From positions 558,001 through 622,000 of the forward strand of contig BCKZ01000007.1 of NCBI GenBank assembly GCA_001600815.1: DNA of 64,000 bases, read 5' to 3'. Origin of the DNA: Alloascoidea hylecoeti (lineage: Eukaryota). How positions within the stretch are numbered: the stretch's first letter is position 1; each line of letters begins with the position of its first letter. The notes under the pieces were generated by a model. That model had not been told where the DNA came from. It saw only the letters and a list, made by a program, of their open reading frames with translations, and did not search any database. The position numbers and the translations under genes are program-made. This document shows, piece by piece, positions 11,445 to 24,233 of this stretch.

Positions 11445-13086
11445 ATGACGATAGAGTTTAGGTATGCTTCTTACAAAGGTTTACTTGGTACTTATCGAAA
11501 GATAAACAGATTTTAACCTGTTAATAATTATTGTTGACCTTTATTTTAGTCCTCCAGCTACAAAATTACCACAGTGTCAGGATCCATTCTTGCTTGACCC
11601 CCCATCTTTTTATCCAGGCCAGGTTACAATAAAACACTGGCAGTTAAGAAATCTTATTCATAACTCAACAGTTAATCCGAACAGTGTGATATACCCGACA
11701 AACAATATAATCCATTCTATCGATTTGAAAACAGCAAAAACATCATTAGTATGCGAGTATGGATTTGCTCCTAAATGTATAACAGAAACTGAAGGGTTCA
11801 TTGCAGCTGGTGGTATTGTTGATACAACCTGCTCTTCAACGCCTCCAGATTTCTACCCAACCCTTGATGGAACAGATGGAAAGGGTCTTTTTTCGATTTA
11901 TAACCAAAGAACAGATGATTTAGTTTCAGTAAAGCTTGGGGCGTTGATAAACAATTGTGTTTCATTATTTAGTACCGGATCAAACCATCTGAAGTCAATT
12001 GTTTGTAATAACGATAAAAATTTATATTTCTTGGATGTTCTTCCTTCTGGGATAATATTAGATCATAAAATTAAATGTTCAGTATCTCTAAATAATGCTG
12101 AATTATCACCGGACAGAAAGACATTAATATGTTCTGGTGATTCAAAGGGAATTTATGTATTTCATGATGATTTTAAAACTAATCATCCTGAAGATTATCA
12201 GATTGAAACAGATGCATCAGCTGGATTTTCTACTACGTTTCATCCATCTGGAGTGATGTTTGCTACTGCTTTCCAAAGTGGTAAGATTTTACTATATGAT
12301 ACTCGATACTTAAAAAACCCTTTAAAATCTTTAAAATCAACGAGATGTGAACAACAAAATGGATCTTTTAGAGCCGCTAAATTTATTCCAGGCCCAGAAG
12401 ATTTCCTCGCATTTTCTGAACATTTAGGAAGGGTTCATATTGTTGATACCAGAAACTTTGATAATCATCAGGTTGTGCTATTCCCGACAAATTATGGAAT
12501 GCCCGATGTTACACCAGTATTCCCAGGTACAGATAATGAACTGGGCCTTCCCCTAAATGATAAAGTTTACGATTATGAACCGGTTATTCAAAAGTTCGAT
12601 GAAATTAAGAAGAATTTCAGAACTTCTATAAGCCAACCATTAATGTCACTTGAGCGACGTCGTTTATCAGCCAATATCAACACGGATACTCATGAAGTGT
12701 CATTGGGTCCTCACGGTACCTTAGTTTTTACCACGGATAATCGTCGAACATCCCATGACAATTTATCGCCAACTAGGAGAAATAGCTCTACTTCGAATAA
12801 CTATAGATTATGGGTAGAACATTTAAATCAGTCACCTAGAGGGTCACTTTCTAGTGGTGATATACGACATGGTGGTTCTGATGAATCTTTACAAAATGTT
12901 AATTCAACTCCATCAATATCCGATAGAACATCTGATGCCTATGAATTCTCCAATGTCGATATTAGCGGTCTTTGTTGGTCTGGCTATGATGGAGGTTCTT
13001 TGATAATTGGTACTGATAAAGGTATCACGAGATGGAAAATTGACTCTTGGGCAAGACGTTGTTTTGGCAGTTGTGCCTACTTATGA
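11445..13086 (+). CDS. GID11: DUF2415/WD40 protein, YLR149C/Gid11-like; exons 11445-11461 and 11550-13086
   Basis: Spliced start MTIEFSPP; motifs TIKHWQLRNLI, SIVCNND, FSEHLGRVHIVDTRNF, ISGLCWS and C-terminal WARRCF. Confidence 0.75.
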
Positions 13087-13264
13087 TGTTACTGTATAGG
13101 TAACGTTTCCAAAAAAAATATTAATTATTTGTTATACATATCTTCAATTTGTTAATAATTTGTTTATTTGTTTATTTGAGTATTTTTTCATTGGTCATTT
13201 GTCATTTGGTTTTTTGATAATGGAAGTTAATGATTAGTTTTATAACTACTTTTAGTTCTTTTGC

Positions 13265-13283
13265 ATATATATATATATATATA
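13265..13283. repeat. (AT)n microsatellite
   Basis: ATATATATATATATATATA run. Confidence 0.85.
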
Positions 13284-13426
13284 TTGATATATATTGATAG
13301 TAATACATTTCATCTTGCTCATTATTTATAATTATTCGGATGTGTAAATTCGGGAACAGGTGCAGAAAACTTTAGAATTATGCTAAAATTTGATTTCAAA
13401 TTCTCTAACATACAATACAGGAATAT

Positions 13427-15187
13427 ATGATACAAAATTCAATTAAGTGTATTCAACGAGTGAATAATCCGAAATTGAGATGTATTCTACTCACGGGTCT
13501 AAATTTTTCGACACTATATTCTAAATCACAATCAAGATTTATGTGCAGAGATACCATTCCTCAAAGTCGACCTATAAGTACTCATTCCTATAGATTAAAT
13601 CTTAATAATGATTCGACTTCCAATGACGAAAAACTTTCAAATATTCCAATGGAACTCAGAAGAGAAGCTTTGTCTAAAGAGTTGGAGTATTATAATGACC
13701 TAATTACAGAGTGTATGTCCTTACAGAAGAGGCCCGATGATACTGGTATTCAGATGTTATGGAAATCTATTTCAAAAATAATAAGACAATACGAAAAACT
13801 TAAATATGCAAAAGTTTTATCAAAGGCAAATGTCGCACATTTTGTTGAATGCTGTCACAGATTTGTAAGACTGAGACGGCAGGTACAAACCTTCAAAAAA
13901 ATGAAACCGGATCCTGCAAATGATTTCACAGTTCCCATGATGGAATCCATTGGGAAAGTTGTATTATCTTTAGGTAAAGATCTAGCTGATGGAACGACTA
14001 CCATCTCTCCATTTGGAGCTATGCACTTAATAACAATGATAGTTGAAATGAATCAATATCCACATGCTATTAAAATATGGGAAGATGTTATGGAAAGCGA
14101 AGGAGTTAATGTTGAAGCTTTTTCCTCTGAAAAGGTCCTAGGTGCTCTGATCAATGCCATGACGGCATCAGATGTACCTCTAAAAGAAATCGAACGCATT
14201 TATGACTACAGACAAGCTGATGATATTGGGATTGAGGCTGCCATGATCACAGCATATCTCAAAGCCGGTGAAGATTCAACAGCTCTTACAAAGTATGAAA
14301 ATTTTATTAAATTATATCCAAAAGAAGAAAGTTATTTGTCGAGAGTACATTCATCCTTTGTTGCATATTCAAAAAGTGCACCTATTGCAGAGACATTTTT
14401 TAATGAAGCAACTTCACGAAAACTGCCTTATGAAGTTGTTCTCCGAGTCAATTTTGTTGCTCAATTTCTCCGTAATATATGGGTGGATACAAATGATTTT
14501 CCAAAAGTATTCGATTATTGGAAGAAATATTTAGTATATCTGGGGAAAACTAACTTAGGAATATTGAGTGCAATAAATAAAGCATTTATTGAAATTTATT
14601 TCCAGCGATATCCTTCCCAATCAGTCGAAGCTCTAGAATATCTAAAACAAATCATCAGATCATATCATGATATTCGCAAAACCACAGATGAACCCTTCGT
14701 TAATAACATTCTATCCCTTGCAACCATATGGAAAGATGCCGAAATCATCAATGCTTTGGCCGAATCCTATTCTATTTTCCACATACCTCGAACCGCTGTA
14801 TCATATCGTATAATGCTGAACGCATTTGCATATATTCCTGTCACCGAAGAAAGAATATTAAATGAATGGAACAATCTTATTTGTTGCGTTGATGAAGATA
14901 GAACTAAAATCTTGACATGGCTAGATTTCTCGGCGCTAATACAGGCAACTTTGGCGAATCCAGCACTTGATGAATCCGGATCAAGAGCTAGATTATTTTT
15001 AAAATTATGGAAACTATATAATAACTATATCTCGGATGATAGGACTCGTTATAATCTTAGTGTGATGGCGATTCGTCACCAACCTAGTATTGAATATCAT
15101 TTGACGCATGATTCTATTCTTGAAAAGTTGGATGTCAGTGATATTGAAGTTCCCCATCTTCACACTATGAAACGAAATTTATTATGA
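13427..15187 (+). CDS. RMD9: Mitochondrial PPR-type RNA-binding protein, Rmd9-like
   Basis: Basic presequence-like N-terminus; KKMKPD...SPFGAMHLIT...AIKIW...EKVLGAL segment resembles Rmd9; helical repeats. Confidence 0.65.
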   Translation: MIQNSIKCIQRVNNPKLRCILLTGLNFSTLYSKSQSRFMCRDTIPQSRPISTHSYRLNLNNDSTSNDEKLSNIPMELRREALSKELEYYNDLITECMSLQKRPDDTGIQMLWKSISKIIRQYEKLKYAKVLSKANVAHFVECCHRFVRLRRQVQTFKKMKPDPANDFTVPMMESIGKVVLSLGKDLADGTTTISPFGAMHLITMIVEMNQYPHAIKIWEDVMESEGVNVEAFSSEKVLGALINAMTASDVPLKEIERIYDYRQADDIGIEAAMITAYLKAGEDSTALTKYENFIKLYPKEESYLSRVHSSFVAYSKSAPIAETFFNEATSRKLPYEVVLRVNFVAQFLRNIWVDTNDFPKVFDYWKKYLVYLGKTNLGILSAINKAFIEIYFQRYPSQSVEALEYLKQIIRSYHDIRKTTDEPFVNNILSLATIWKDAEIINALAESYSIFHIPRTAVSYRIMLNAFAYIPVTEERILNEWNNLICCVDEDRTKILTWLDFSALIQATLANPALDESGSRARLFLKLWKLYNNYISDDRTRYNLSVMAIRHQPSIEYHLTHDSILEKLDVSDIEVPHLHTMKRNLL

Positions 15188-15411
15188 TTATATGTATATA
15201 GATGTTCTCTAAAAAAGAACTTATATTTTCAGATACTGTCAATTTTATTTATATAACTTGTTAATAGAGACGGTGCTCATTACTTTTAATATCACATTTT
15301 TTAGCATTGGGTATAATATAGAAATTTAAATTATAATGTTCCCACATAACTTCAAACTTATTAATACCACCAATTTATTTCTTTTAAAATCAGCTATAAA
15401 GTATATTAAAA

Positions 15412-16359
15412 ATGTCTCATGTTTTCTACCAAGGGAAAACTATAGATTTAAATGATAATGAATCAAGGGCAGATTATTTATTAGAGACAGAACTAGCAAA
15501 GGTCTTTGTGGACCACAAATCTGAAAGGATGAAAATTCATACGATCAATTTTGTAACTGATGACGATGGTTTTAAGCCAACACAAACAGCGATAATGATG
15601 AAAACTTTTTCTAGAAGAGATAATTCAATCGAAAATGGTTTAAATGATAATGATGCAAACATCGATATAAATAAAAACAATGAAACCCACATGAAAGCAA
15701 AATCTATAATCCCAATGTTTGTAAGAACACAAAAGCAAACAACTCTTCCTTATTGCTATAAAGAAAATATAAATGGTAAATCGGTTAATAATTCAAGGAG
15801 TAAAAGCTATAGATTGGAATTAATAAATCTGAATAATGAACCAACAAATGGAGTTCATTTGGAAGGGATCCACTCAAACACCACCCGCAACAAGTCAAAT
15901 AATGCAAATACTTCATTATATACAGCTACAAAAGACCAGACTATTAAAAAAAGTGATAACTTTTCTAAGCATTGTTGTCACTTGTATTCAGAGACTGGAC
16001 ATATTTTGCAGCGGTACTGCGTTCAGCCCTTCAAATTGATCTATCACGGCATCTTTTCTAAATCTAACGAGAGCGATGGAGACCAATCAGACCAACCATT
16101 ATTAAGATATAATTTAACAGTAAGAGTTACTGATCGTGATATTGAACGAACATCTATTAAATCACAAAATGTCCACCTTTCATCCTTACGTCGCTATAGA
16201 TATCAATTGCAATTAAACCATATTCGAAATTTCCTGAGAGATACTACAGAAACTGTTATTTCGGTATTTCGAAGAGAAATTGTCATATCTAATATTAATA
16301 TTAATATATTTGGCAAAAGATCTACTCAGGGTATTCCTAACGATAATGATTATGTTTGA
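15412..16359 (+). CDS. Hypothetical protein (315 aa, no recognised domain)
   Basis: Long ORF with AAAAATG start context in an AT-rich genome. Confidence 0.6.
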   Translation: MSHVFYQGKTIDLNDNESRADYLLETELAKVFVDHKSERMKIHTINFVTDDDGFKPTQTAIMMKTFSRRDNSIENGLNDNDANIDINKNNETHMKAKSIIPMFVRTQKQTTLPYCYKENINGKSVNNSRSKSYRLELINLNNEPTNGVHLEGIHSNTTRNKSNNANTSLYTATKDQTIKKSDNFSKHCCHLYSETGHILQRYCVQPFKLIYHGIFSKSNESDGDQSDQPLLRYNLTVRVTDRDIERTSIKSQNVHLSSLRRYRYQLQLNHIRNFLRDTTETVISVFRREIVISNININIFGKRSTQGIPNDNDYV

Positions 16360-16532
16360 AGTTGAGCTTGTGTTTTTTTTTCGCTATAAATTTATATTCC
16401 AATATAACTGTACCATAATAACTATAAATTTCTATTATGAATGTGTAATTTTTTCTTCCTTTTTTTATTCTCAAGATCTGAAAATATTCTAAATGAGTAA
16501 TTAAAGATGCTGAACGCCCCGAAATATTGATG

Positions 16533-17096
16533 CTAATGTTTGAAATGATTATACCAAGTAGAACATTTTACGTGGTCTCCCTGAAGTTGGTTTCTTCTCC
16601 CACAAACTGGACATTCATAATGACCACCACTAGTTTTTTCAAGTGGTTCATCTAATACCAGATCGTCAATATTGATTCGTGGTATATGTAGTGCTCTTAA
16701 TCTCACCGCCAGTCTATTCCATGACTCTATCACTTTTCTAGCCTGTCTATCTGCGTCGTGGCGATAACGTGTGTTAGAATATCTTCCCCAAATTATATTT
16801 TGTGCTACTTTTGATATATTTACCAGTGCCTGAATAAAGTTACGAGTTTTTATATTAGAAATAACCTTCTTTTTGAGTGTAAAAGATAATGGAACAAGCG
16901 AGGCTAATAATCCGTCGGCAGAAAGAAATATATCAGTATAGAAGAGTTTCAGAAGTTCCTCTGAACGAAGAACATGCATGGGTTTGGAGGTGGAGGCGGG
17001 TTGAGAGCCCATAGCCGGACCAAGCAAGGAATGACTATTCTGGGTTGGGATGGGATCTGAGCTTACAAAGTCACCAAAGTCATCAAATTCGGACAT
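16533..17096 (-). CDS. Fungal hypothetical protein with N-terminal DDFGDF motif and C-terminal CxxC...H..C cluster
   Basis: MSEFDDFGDFVS; ADRQARKVIESW; ECPVCG...GDHVKCSTWY. Confidence 0.7.
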   Translation of the reverse strand: MSEFDDFGDFVSSDPIPTQNSHSLLGPAMGSQPASTSKPMHVLRSEELLKLFYTDIFLSADGLLASLVPLSFTLKKKVISNIKTRNFIQALVNISKVAQNIIWGRYSNTRYRHDADRQARKVIESWNRLAVRLRALHIPRINIDDLVLDEPLEKTSGGHYECPVCGRRNQLQGDHVKCSTWYNHFKH

Positions 17097-17251
17097 GTTG
17101 TCTAAAGATAAATGATAATATTAATAGTTAGGTGTGGTCTATATGTTAATGGAGGTGATGAATATTAATGTCGGTAGTAATGAGTACAACCGCATATTTA
17201 AACTTTTGCGATTGATCTTTTAAACTTAGCACCCCGACAAACATATCTTCA

Positions 17252-18822
17252 ATGATAAGAAAAGCATATTGTAGATACAGGTATATGGGCATTTCTATAA
17301 AGGAAATATTTACTGAAGCATTTTCACAAAGCACTAGGCATGTGCTCCTTAAGAACCGTATAAGCCGTTCGACCGTTTCTTCGCAACCTTTCTCTATTAT
17401 TTCACGATTTTTCACCGCAAATTCAACCACTTTCCAACGAAACATTGAAGATTTTGGAAGCAATAAAACCCCATTTCCAAAAAAGCAAAGTTTTGAGATT
17501 AGATCTTGTGGGTCGCTGAGTAGCCGAAGTTCCCCGCAGTATACTAGTATGTTTCTCTGTATATTCATGAGTCCCAATTGAAACTTTCTTCTAACTATTC
17601 TAGCCACCCCAAACCATAATCTTCATTCAATGATATGGGACAATAAATTGAATAACATTTTTATAATTAAAAAACCATTCATACCACATGTCAAAGATGC
17701 CCTCATTGAGTTTATTATGTAAGATCTACATTTTCCGAATATTTCATTTACCCCATACATAACTAACATCTATGCAGGCATGTTCGAGATAAATACCCCA
17801 AACTAAACATTATTGTTGAAGAAGATACAGCTACAGAACTTGAAAATGAATTTGAAACCCGGCAAACTTCCGACATGGAAAGTGAGGATATCAGAACAAT
17901 TGTATATACTGGAAAGCCCGAACAAATTGCTAAAAAGACAGATTTAATGGTAACCTTTGGCGGAGATGGTACAATATTACATGCTACATCTTTATTTTCA
18001 CAAGAGTCTGTACCACCAATCCTAAGTTTTTCTCTTGGGACTTTGGGGTTTTTATTACCTTATGATTTTCAAGAATATAAAACTGCTTTCTCTAATGTTG
18101 TAACATCAAGAGCAAGAGTCATGAATCGAATGCGATTGCAATGCCATGTATATCAAAAGGAACTTAAGGAATCAACCCATCAATCTTCACACACTGATCA
18201 ATATCATCATGACGTAAATGAAATATTTGCACTTAATACATCTGATTCAGATGTGTTGAGTTCAACTAACGTAACACGAGCGTTATCGGAATTCGCAATG
18301 AATGATATTATATTACATAGAGGATCGCAACCCCATCTTACGACATTGGACATATATGTTGATGGTATGTTATTAACAAGAACAATTGGTGATGGAGTAG
18401 CCATTTCAACACCCACTGGGTCAACAGCATATTCTTTATCAGCTGGCGGATCAATTGTTCATCCATTAGTACCCTGTATATTATTAACACCAATTTGTCC
18501 TCGGTCACTAAGTTTCCGGCCGTTGATATTACCAGCCCGATCCAAAATAGATATTAAGGTAGCCCATTGTTCTAGAAATACGGGGGCTATTTTGAGCATC
18601 GATGGTGTTACTCAGGGAAAACTGACTACCGGGGATGAAATAAATGTGAATAGCGAAAGTAATATTGTTTCTAAAGCTAAAACGGCTAAAACCGTTGATG
18701 CAGACAATAGCGGTGGTATTTGGTGCGTTTCCAGATCCGATAATGATTGGACCGGGGGTATTAACGAACTTTTAGGCTTCAACTCATCATTTGGAACGAA
18801 GATGAAGCACAAAAACTCATGA
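17252..18822 (+). CDS. POS5: Mitochondrial NADH kinase; exons 17252-17546, 17604-17718, 17778-18822 (start may be 17285)
   Basis: Two GT-AG introns with CTAAC join LHSMIW..NIFIIKKP to TFGGDGTILH, SLGTLGFL, AMND, STPTGSTAYSLSAGGSIVHP, PICPRSLSFRPLILP, LLGFNSSF. Confidence 0.92.
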
Positions 18823-18977
18823 CCTGGATATATATATTTTTATTATATATTATTTTATTTATTTATTTCATTAACATTAATATGTGAGTATCATAGTATT
18901 GTATGCGGATGGGTGTTAAAAAAGAAGCGAAAAATGCCAACTCATGCTTACAACCTCTTTTCTTGTTGTACTCTAAA

Positions 18978-20090
18978 ATGAGCCAAACGCAGACAAAAGA
19001 ATCGGATAACCGTTTTAAAAGCTCCGCCACAACCACCAAAAGTATATCATCAGTTCATAAATCCACGATAAAACTGGTGATTTCAATTCTTGGTATTTAT
19101 GCTTCTTTTTTAACTTGGGCTGTCCTACAAGAACGCATCACTGCTACCCCATATGGACCTGATAAGAAAATATTCAGAGAATCATTGATAATCAATACCA
19201 TTCAATCTGTACTTGCCAGTGTTGTTTCTTCTATATATTTATTTTTTAAAAACAAATCAGCAAGAAAACAGCAAAAATTAGTACTTCCCGTTTTTTCGTC
19301 AAAAAACCTGGTGAAACAATATTTGATAATAGCAATAACTCAATCTATTGCATCACCACTTGGTTATTCATCTTTGAAACATGTTGAATACTTAGTATTT
19401 TTACTTGGAAAATCCTGTAAACTGTTACCTGTCATGGCAGTTCAAGTGCTATTTTATCGAAGAAGCTTCCCACCACATAAATATTTGGTCGCACTTGCTG
19501 TCACATTTGGTGTTTCACTATTTACAATTTTTGGTCATCAAACAAAAGCAACGAAGAACTTTTCTGGTGAAGAAGAAAAACAAGCATTACTCGGAGTATT
19601 ACTTTTAAGTGCTAGTTTATTCCTTGATGGTGTGTATAGTTCAACACAAGATAATTTATTTAGATCAACACCTGGATTGACTGGCCCTCATCTAATGTGT
19701 GGTTTGAATATAACAACATCAATCTTAACATCATTATATCTGTTATCACCATTCACAAGTCAATTATCTACTGCAGTTCAATTCATATCAGAATATCCCG
19801 CGGTGTTATACGATATTATTTTATTTGGAATATGCGGTGCTTTTGGTCAATTATTTATCTTCTATACTCTAGAACACTTTGGATCACTGGTATTGGTTAC
19901 TGTAACAGTTACCAGGAAAATGCTATCAATGCTATTAAGCGTTATTTGGTTCAATCATAAACTTGGATTGGGTCAATGGGTTGGAATTATCTGTGTGTTT
20001 GGCGGTGTTGGATCGGAGGCATATCTTAAATATAAACAACAGAAGAGTAAAACAGTGCCAGTAGAGCCAAAGATAAAAAAGGAGGAGTGA
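18978..20090 (+). CDS. HUT1: UDP-galactose transporter homolog (UAA family)
   Basis: GIYASFLTWAVLQERI, LGKSCKLLPVM, FLDG..SSTQD, FGSLVLVTVTVTRKM; C-terminal lysine-rich ER retrieval-like tail. Confidence 0.9.
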   Translation: MSQTQTKESDNRFKSSATTTKSISSVHKSTIKLVISILGIYASFLTWAVLQERITATPYGPDKKIFRESLIINTIQSVLASVVSSIYLFFKNKSARKQQKLVLPVFSSKNLVKQYLIIAITQSIASPLGYSSLKHVEYLVFLLGKSCKLLPVMAVQVLFYRRSFPPHKYLVALAVTFGVSLFTIFGHQTKATKNFSGEEEKQALLGVLLLSASLFLDGVYSSTQDNLFRSTPGLTGPHLMCGLNITTSILTSLYLLSPFTSQLSTAVQFISEYPAVLYDIILFGICGAFGQLFIFYTLEHFGSLVLVTVTVTRKMLSMLLSVIWFNHKLGLGQWVGIICVFGGVGSEAYLKYKQQKSKTVPVEPKIKKEE

Positions 20091-20292
20091 AGAATATATT
20101 TCATAAAATACGCTGTAACAATAGCTAATAATATTTTTTTTTTATAGATTTTTAGATTTTTAGATTTTTTTTTATTTTATTTTATAGACAAAACATACAA
20201 ATTAGTTAGATAAAGTCGTAATTGTTAAGTATTTATCTGAAGAGCGATCTCACATTCATAAATGTTATCATGTCAAAGAAGAAGTAGCTTTC

Positions 20293-20622
20293 TTATAAAA
20301 GTTTTGCAGCTTTTAACTCATCGTCCAACTTTTCAGTAGCTCTAAGCTTTTCCAATTGTACTTCACCACCAATATGTTTACCTTTGAAGAAAATATTTGG
20401 AACGGTGTTTTGATTAGTAAGTTTCAAGAAAGCCTTTTGTAACTCGGGACCCTCATTTCCAGGCAAATGATCTAATTCAATCCATTTTGCTTTTTGTCGA
20501 ACATTGTGTTCAGTAAATACTCTGTTTGCAAAGTGACAATCTGGACACCAAGATTTGGATATGACGAGGAAGTCATTATTATCGATAAGGTCCTGTGCTT
20601 GTTTAACGTAGTTGCTAGACAT
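20293..20622 (-). CDS. GRX8: Dithiol glutaredoxin, Grx8 type
   Basis: SWCPDC active site, TVPNIF, IGGE. Confidence 0.85.
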   Translation of the reverse strand: MSSNYVKQAQDLIDNNDFLVISKSWCPDCHFANRVFTEHNVRQKAKWIELDHLPGNEGPELQKAFLKLTNQNTVPNIFFKGKHIGGEVQLEKLRATEKLDDELKAAKLL

Positions 20623-20846
20623 TCTGTGATGAAGATAGGATGAAATTGAGTTTCGGGAGAGGAGGAAAAAAAGGAGAGGAAAATTCTGTTTTAGGGATAT
20701 AAGTTATATTTGTCTTTATGTTATGACGTGATTGATCATGGGTGTTCTTTTTTTGTTACATACTAAGACTTAACTACGTATATGCCATGTAAATGAATGT
20801 TCAGATTATAAATTAGATCTAGAATAATAGTGTTATAGGTTATTTT

Positions 20847-21395
20847 TTAATTGAGCTCAGCGACACTATATAAGAACAACAGTTAGAGTTTTGTTTTCAA
20901 ACCTTCAGATTTATACTTACCACTCGATTTCTACTTTCAATCTTGGATCAGGGAATTGGACACTACAGAAACAAGTTAATGATCAGTCCTCATAACATCT
21001 GAAAACGTGTTGATGTGATCACTTACATGACACAACTTCTAGCTGGCTTTTGTGGGAAGTACTAAATAATGGTTAAAATTAATCAATATTATATCGTTAG
21101 ACTGTGTATCACTTACTTGAGCATAGACCTTATTCATCTGAGCAGCAACGGCAGCATGATTGATGAAAACCAAAGTTTTAACGACCCTATTGAGATCGGA
21201 CCCAGCCGCCTTGAGAACTTTCTGTAGATTCAAAATAGCTTGGGTAGTTTGATCCTCAACGGATTCGGAAAAAGTGCCATCTTCCTTTGAACCAACTGAC
21301 CCGCTACTAAAAACAAGACCGTTGGAAACGTAAGCTGCATTAAGCGGGTAGTCGACATCTTGGCCTATTTGTTGGAAGGTAATTGGTTTTCCCAT
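20847..21395 (-). CDS. RidA/YjgF imine deaminase family protein (Mmf1/Hmf1-like); exons 21395-21117, 21061-21027, 20962-20921, 20865-20847
   Basis: Three GTAAGT..TAG introns restore MNKVYAQYFPQKPARSCVIVQFPDPRLKVEIECVAELN*; NGLVFSSG, QAILNLQKVLKAAGS. Confidence 0.9.
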
Positions 21396-21858
21396 TGTTA
21401 ATTGTAAATACTTATTGAATTGAAGTTTATTGAAGGGTTTTAATTGAGTTTTAAATTTGCAGTTAATTAGTCACCATTTCGCAAACCTTCAAATTTGTAA
21501 TCTAAAGATCTACATATTAGAAGTAGACAATATTTCCCATTGAGACCCTAGCACGTGCCTCTTATATACGTACAACAATAAATCATCAATATTAATATGA
21601 AATTTTTATGAATACTAATTACTGTTATATTTATTGCTACATTTAGTGGAGCAACAACAACGGTTGACTGTTGTTGTGAAACAGCATACAGTTGCAATTG
21701 CAATATTGTATAATTATAAGCCTAAGGGGTATCGCGAGAACCATCATGACAGCTTGCATCGAGGAAATTGAATTTGCAAGCAAGAGTCGTTACCACGTGA
21801 ATCTCCTTCCTCATTATATATAACATAAACTTTTCTATTTCCTTCGAACTCTCTATTA

Positions 21859-23481
21859 ATGTCTCGTTCACTGCGGATAAAGCATTATACTCCTGAGAAC
21901 GACGTCAAACGGTGTTGGATTTGTTTTGGAACTAGTGATGAACCGCCTCCACTCACCAGTAGGAATGGCCATGATTGGGTGAACCCTTGTCAGTGTTCAT
22001 TGGTCGCACATCGTGTTTGTCTACTCGAGTGGATAAACGATATCGAAACTCGAAATTCTTCCCTTCCAAACATCGACGATGATAACAATATCAATATTAC
22101 TCAAAGCAATTTACAACGATTTGTGGAACAGAAAGGTGACTCGAGTACAATTATTTATGGTGGGATTAAATGTCCACAATGTAAATCGCCTATCTACATT
22201 ACTATATCGAGTAGTAAGATTCTTAATTTTAGAAGGAAAATGGAGTCAACCATGAAAGATGGAATTAAATTAAGCGCTATAATAACTGCGTTTGGTGGTA
22301 CTGTTTCCTTAAGCTATTGGACCTTTTGTATTATTGGAATCAACATCATTAATAAGATGTGTCCTGAAGAAATGGCACATCGAATTTTAGGAGTCACTGA
22401 AAGCTTGCGAGTTTCAAATAGTAGCACAGCATCACAACTATCGTCTGATCGCAAGGTTGCCCAATTAGATGGTAAAACAATAGGCTTGTTGCCTGCCATT
22501 CCGTTCTATATGATGCTATTACGGAAGGGCATTGCATTTTCTCCAAATGAGTTATGTTTAGCTACTATCCCACTGTTACTTTATGAAAAATTAAGTGATA
22601 TTCATCCTAAAATGATATGGAAAATTGGGGGTGTAAAACTAGCCTGTACATTAGTTCCATTTTTAAGAATATGTTATAATTTATGGTATGAAGGAGTGAT
22701 TAACTATTTATACTATAGACTATCCGTACAGATTCGACCACATCTTAAGGATGATATGGAATGTCTAAATTCATTAGATGTTGACAGAAATGGAATACAT
22801 GTTATTTTAAACCAAGAAATAAATGATAATGGTCACGAAGAAAATAGAACACAAGAACATAATGCAAATGATATTCATCATCGGCCCGAAGCAAACGAGC
22901 AACGGCTAGGAAATACTCTATTTTCTAAAATTTGGAGCATGTTTTCTGATAGTTTCAAATGGATGATTAGACAAGAAAAAATGCTGCAATGGGATTTCAT
23001 CCCTAAGACTGGTTATTATTCAAGATTATTTCATCGTGATTATTCAGAAATATTTCAAAGGAAGAATATTTTACTTCAGTGGATTACAACATTAATTTGG
23101 CCATATGTAGGCTCTTTTGTTGGTTCCTTTCTAGTATCGAAATTAAAACTCCCTTCGTTTCTTCAAAATAGTAGATTCTTCCAACTATTTAAAAGAAGGT
23201 TGTTTTATATTCATGATAAAAATTATAAATTTGTTGGAAATATTATTGGATGTTGTGTTGTTGTGATGATAAAGGACTTGTTTAATCTCTACAGTGCTTA
23301 TAAAAAAGTTAATCAAATTAAACAGAGGAAGATATTACAATACGGTTCAAAAGAGTGGAAGATTATCAATGAATTAGGAAGAAAATCAAATACAAGAACA
23401 ATTCCTTCCCAAAGACCTGTAATTCAAGAAAACAGAAGAAATTTTCAAGTTGGATATATGAACGTTCATGTTGATTTTTAA
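21859..23481 (+). CDS. RING-CH (C4HC3) membrane E3 ubiquitin ligase, MARCH5-like
   Basis: CWIC...WVNPCQCSLVAHRVCLLEWI...CPQCK, followed by TM segments and GNIIGCCVVVMIKDLF. Confidence 0.8.
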   Translation: MSRSLRIKHYTPENDVKRCWICFGTSDEPPPLTSRNGHDWVNPCQCSLVAHRVCLLEWINDIETRNSSLPNIDDDNNINITQSNLQRFVEQKGDSSTIIYGGIKCPQCKSPIYITISSSKILNFRRKMESTMKDGIKLSAIITAFGGTVSLSYWTFCIIGINIINKMCPEEMAHRILGVTESLRVSNSSTASQLSSDRKVAQLDGKTIGLLPAIPFYMMLLRKGIAFSPNELCLATIPLLLYEKLSDIHPKMIWKIGGVKLACTLVPFLRICYNLWYEGVINYLYYRLSVQIRPHLKDDMECLNSLDVDRNGIHVILNQEINDNGHEENRTQEHNANDIHHRPEANEQRLGNTLFSKIWSMFSDSFKWMIRQEKMLQWDFIPKTGYYSRLFHRDYSEIFQRKNILLQWITTLIWPYVGSFVGSFLVSKLKLPSFLQNSRFFQLFKRRLFYIHDKNYKFVGNIIGCCVVVMIKDLFNLYSAYKKVNQIKQRKILQYGSKEWKIINELGRKSNTRTIPSQRPVIQENRRNFQVGYMNVHVDF

Positions 23482-24233
23482 CTTTGCGATGAACATCTTA
23501 ATTTTATATTTTTGCAATTTCTGGGTTAATTAAATAAGTAAAATCTTTCTAAAAGTTGGGGTATATGATATAATTGGGTTGTAGTTACTAATGAATGATA
23601 ATCTCTAAAATTAACCCTGAATCTAATTCTAGAGATATTCATGAAGGATTCTGTAGACATTTAACATTCTATACGCGGTATGATTATGTATAACTTTATT
23701 CTGCGAAGCTTATACCGTATATTCATGAAATTTCACACACTAACAAATTAGAAATTTGGTAATTCCAGAATTATCCTTTGAGGTGAGGGCTGTTGATTGG
23801 GTTTCTATTTCAGAAGTGTCCACAATAACTCCACATCTTCACCTACTTTCTCTGGGCCTTTCTTAAGGTTGGGGGTTCATTATCCTTGTTTATTTACTGC
23901 GAGATTGTCGTCCGATTCCATTTTAGTGTCATTAAATAGATATTCATTCTCTGAAGTATCTTCAGCTTCGGAGTGTGAATCTGATAAATATTTTGAGAAG
24001 CTCTGATTCGTTATATCCATTGGTTTAAACATCCTCAACAGGAGGTGGAGGGTTGAAGCACGAATATTGTTTTTTTGGCTTCATTGAAGGGACTAAAGTA
24101 GCATGATGTTCAGTTGGTGGGAAGTTATCAGTGCCTGATATAAGTCGGGGGGTTCTGTTTCATTAAACTGTTACAAGCCTAGGATGGGCCCCATGGGGAA
24201 CTTTTTCAAGTGACCAAAAAAAGAAAAAGATAA

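Noticed and set aside
17146..17607. 153-aa minus-strand ORF
   Set aside because: Antisense to POS5 exon 1 and intron; no family features
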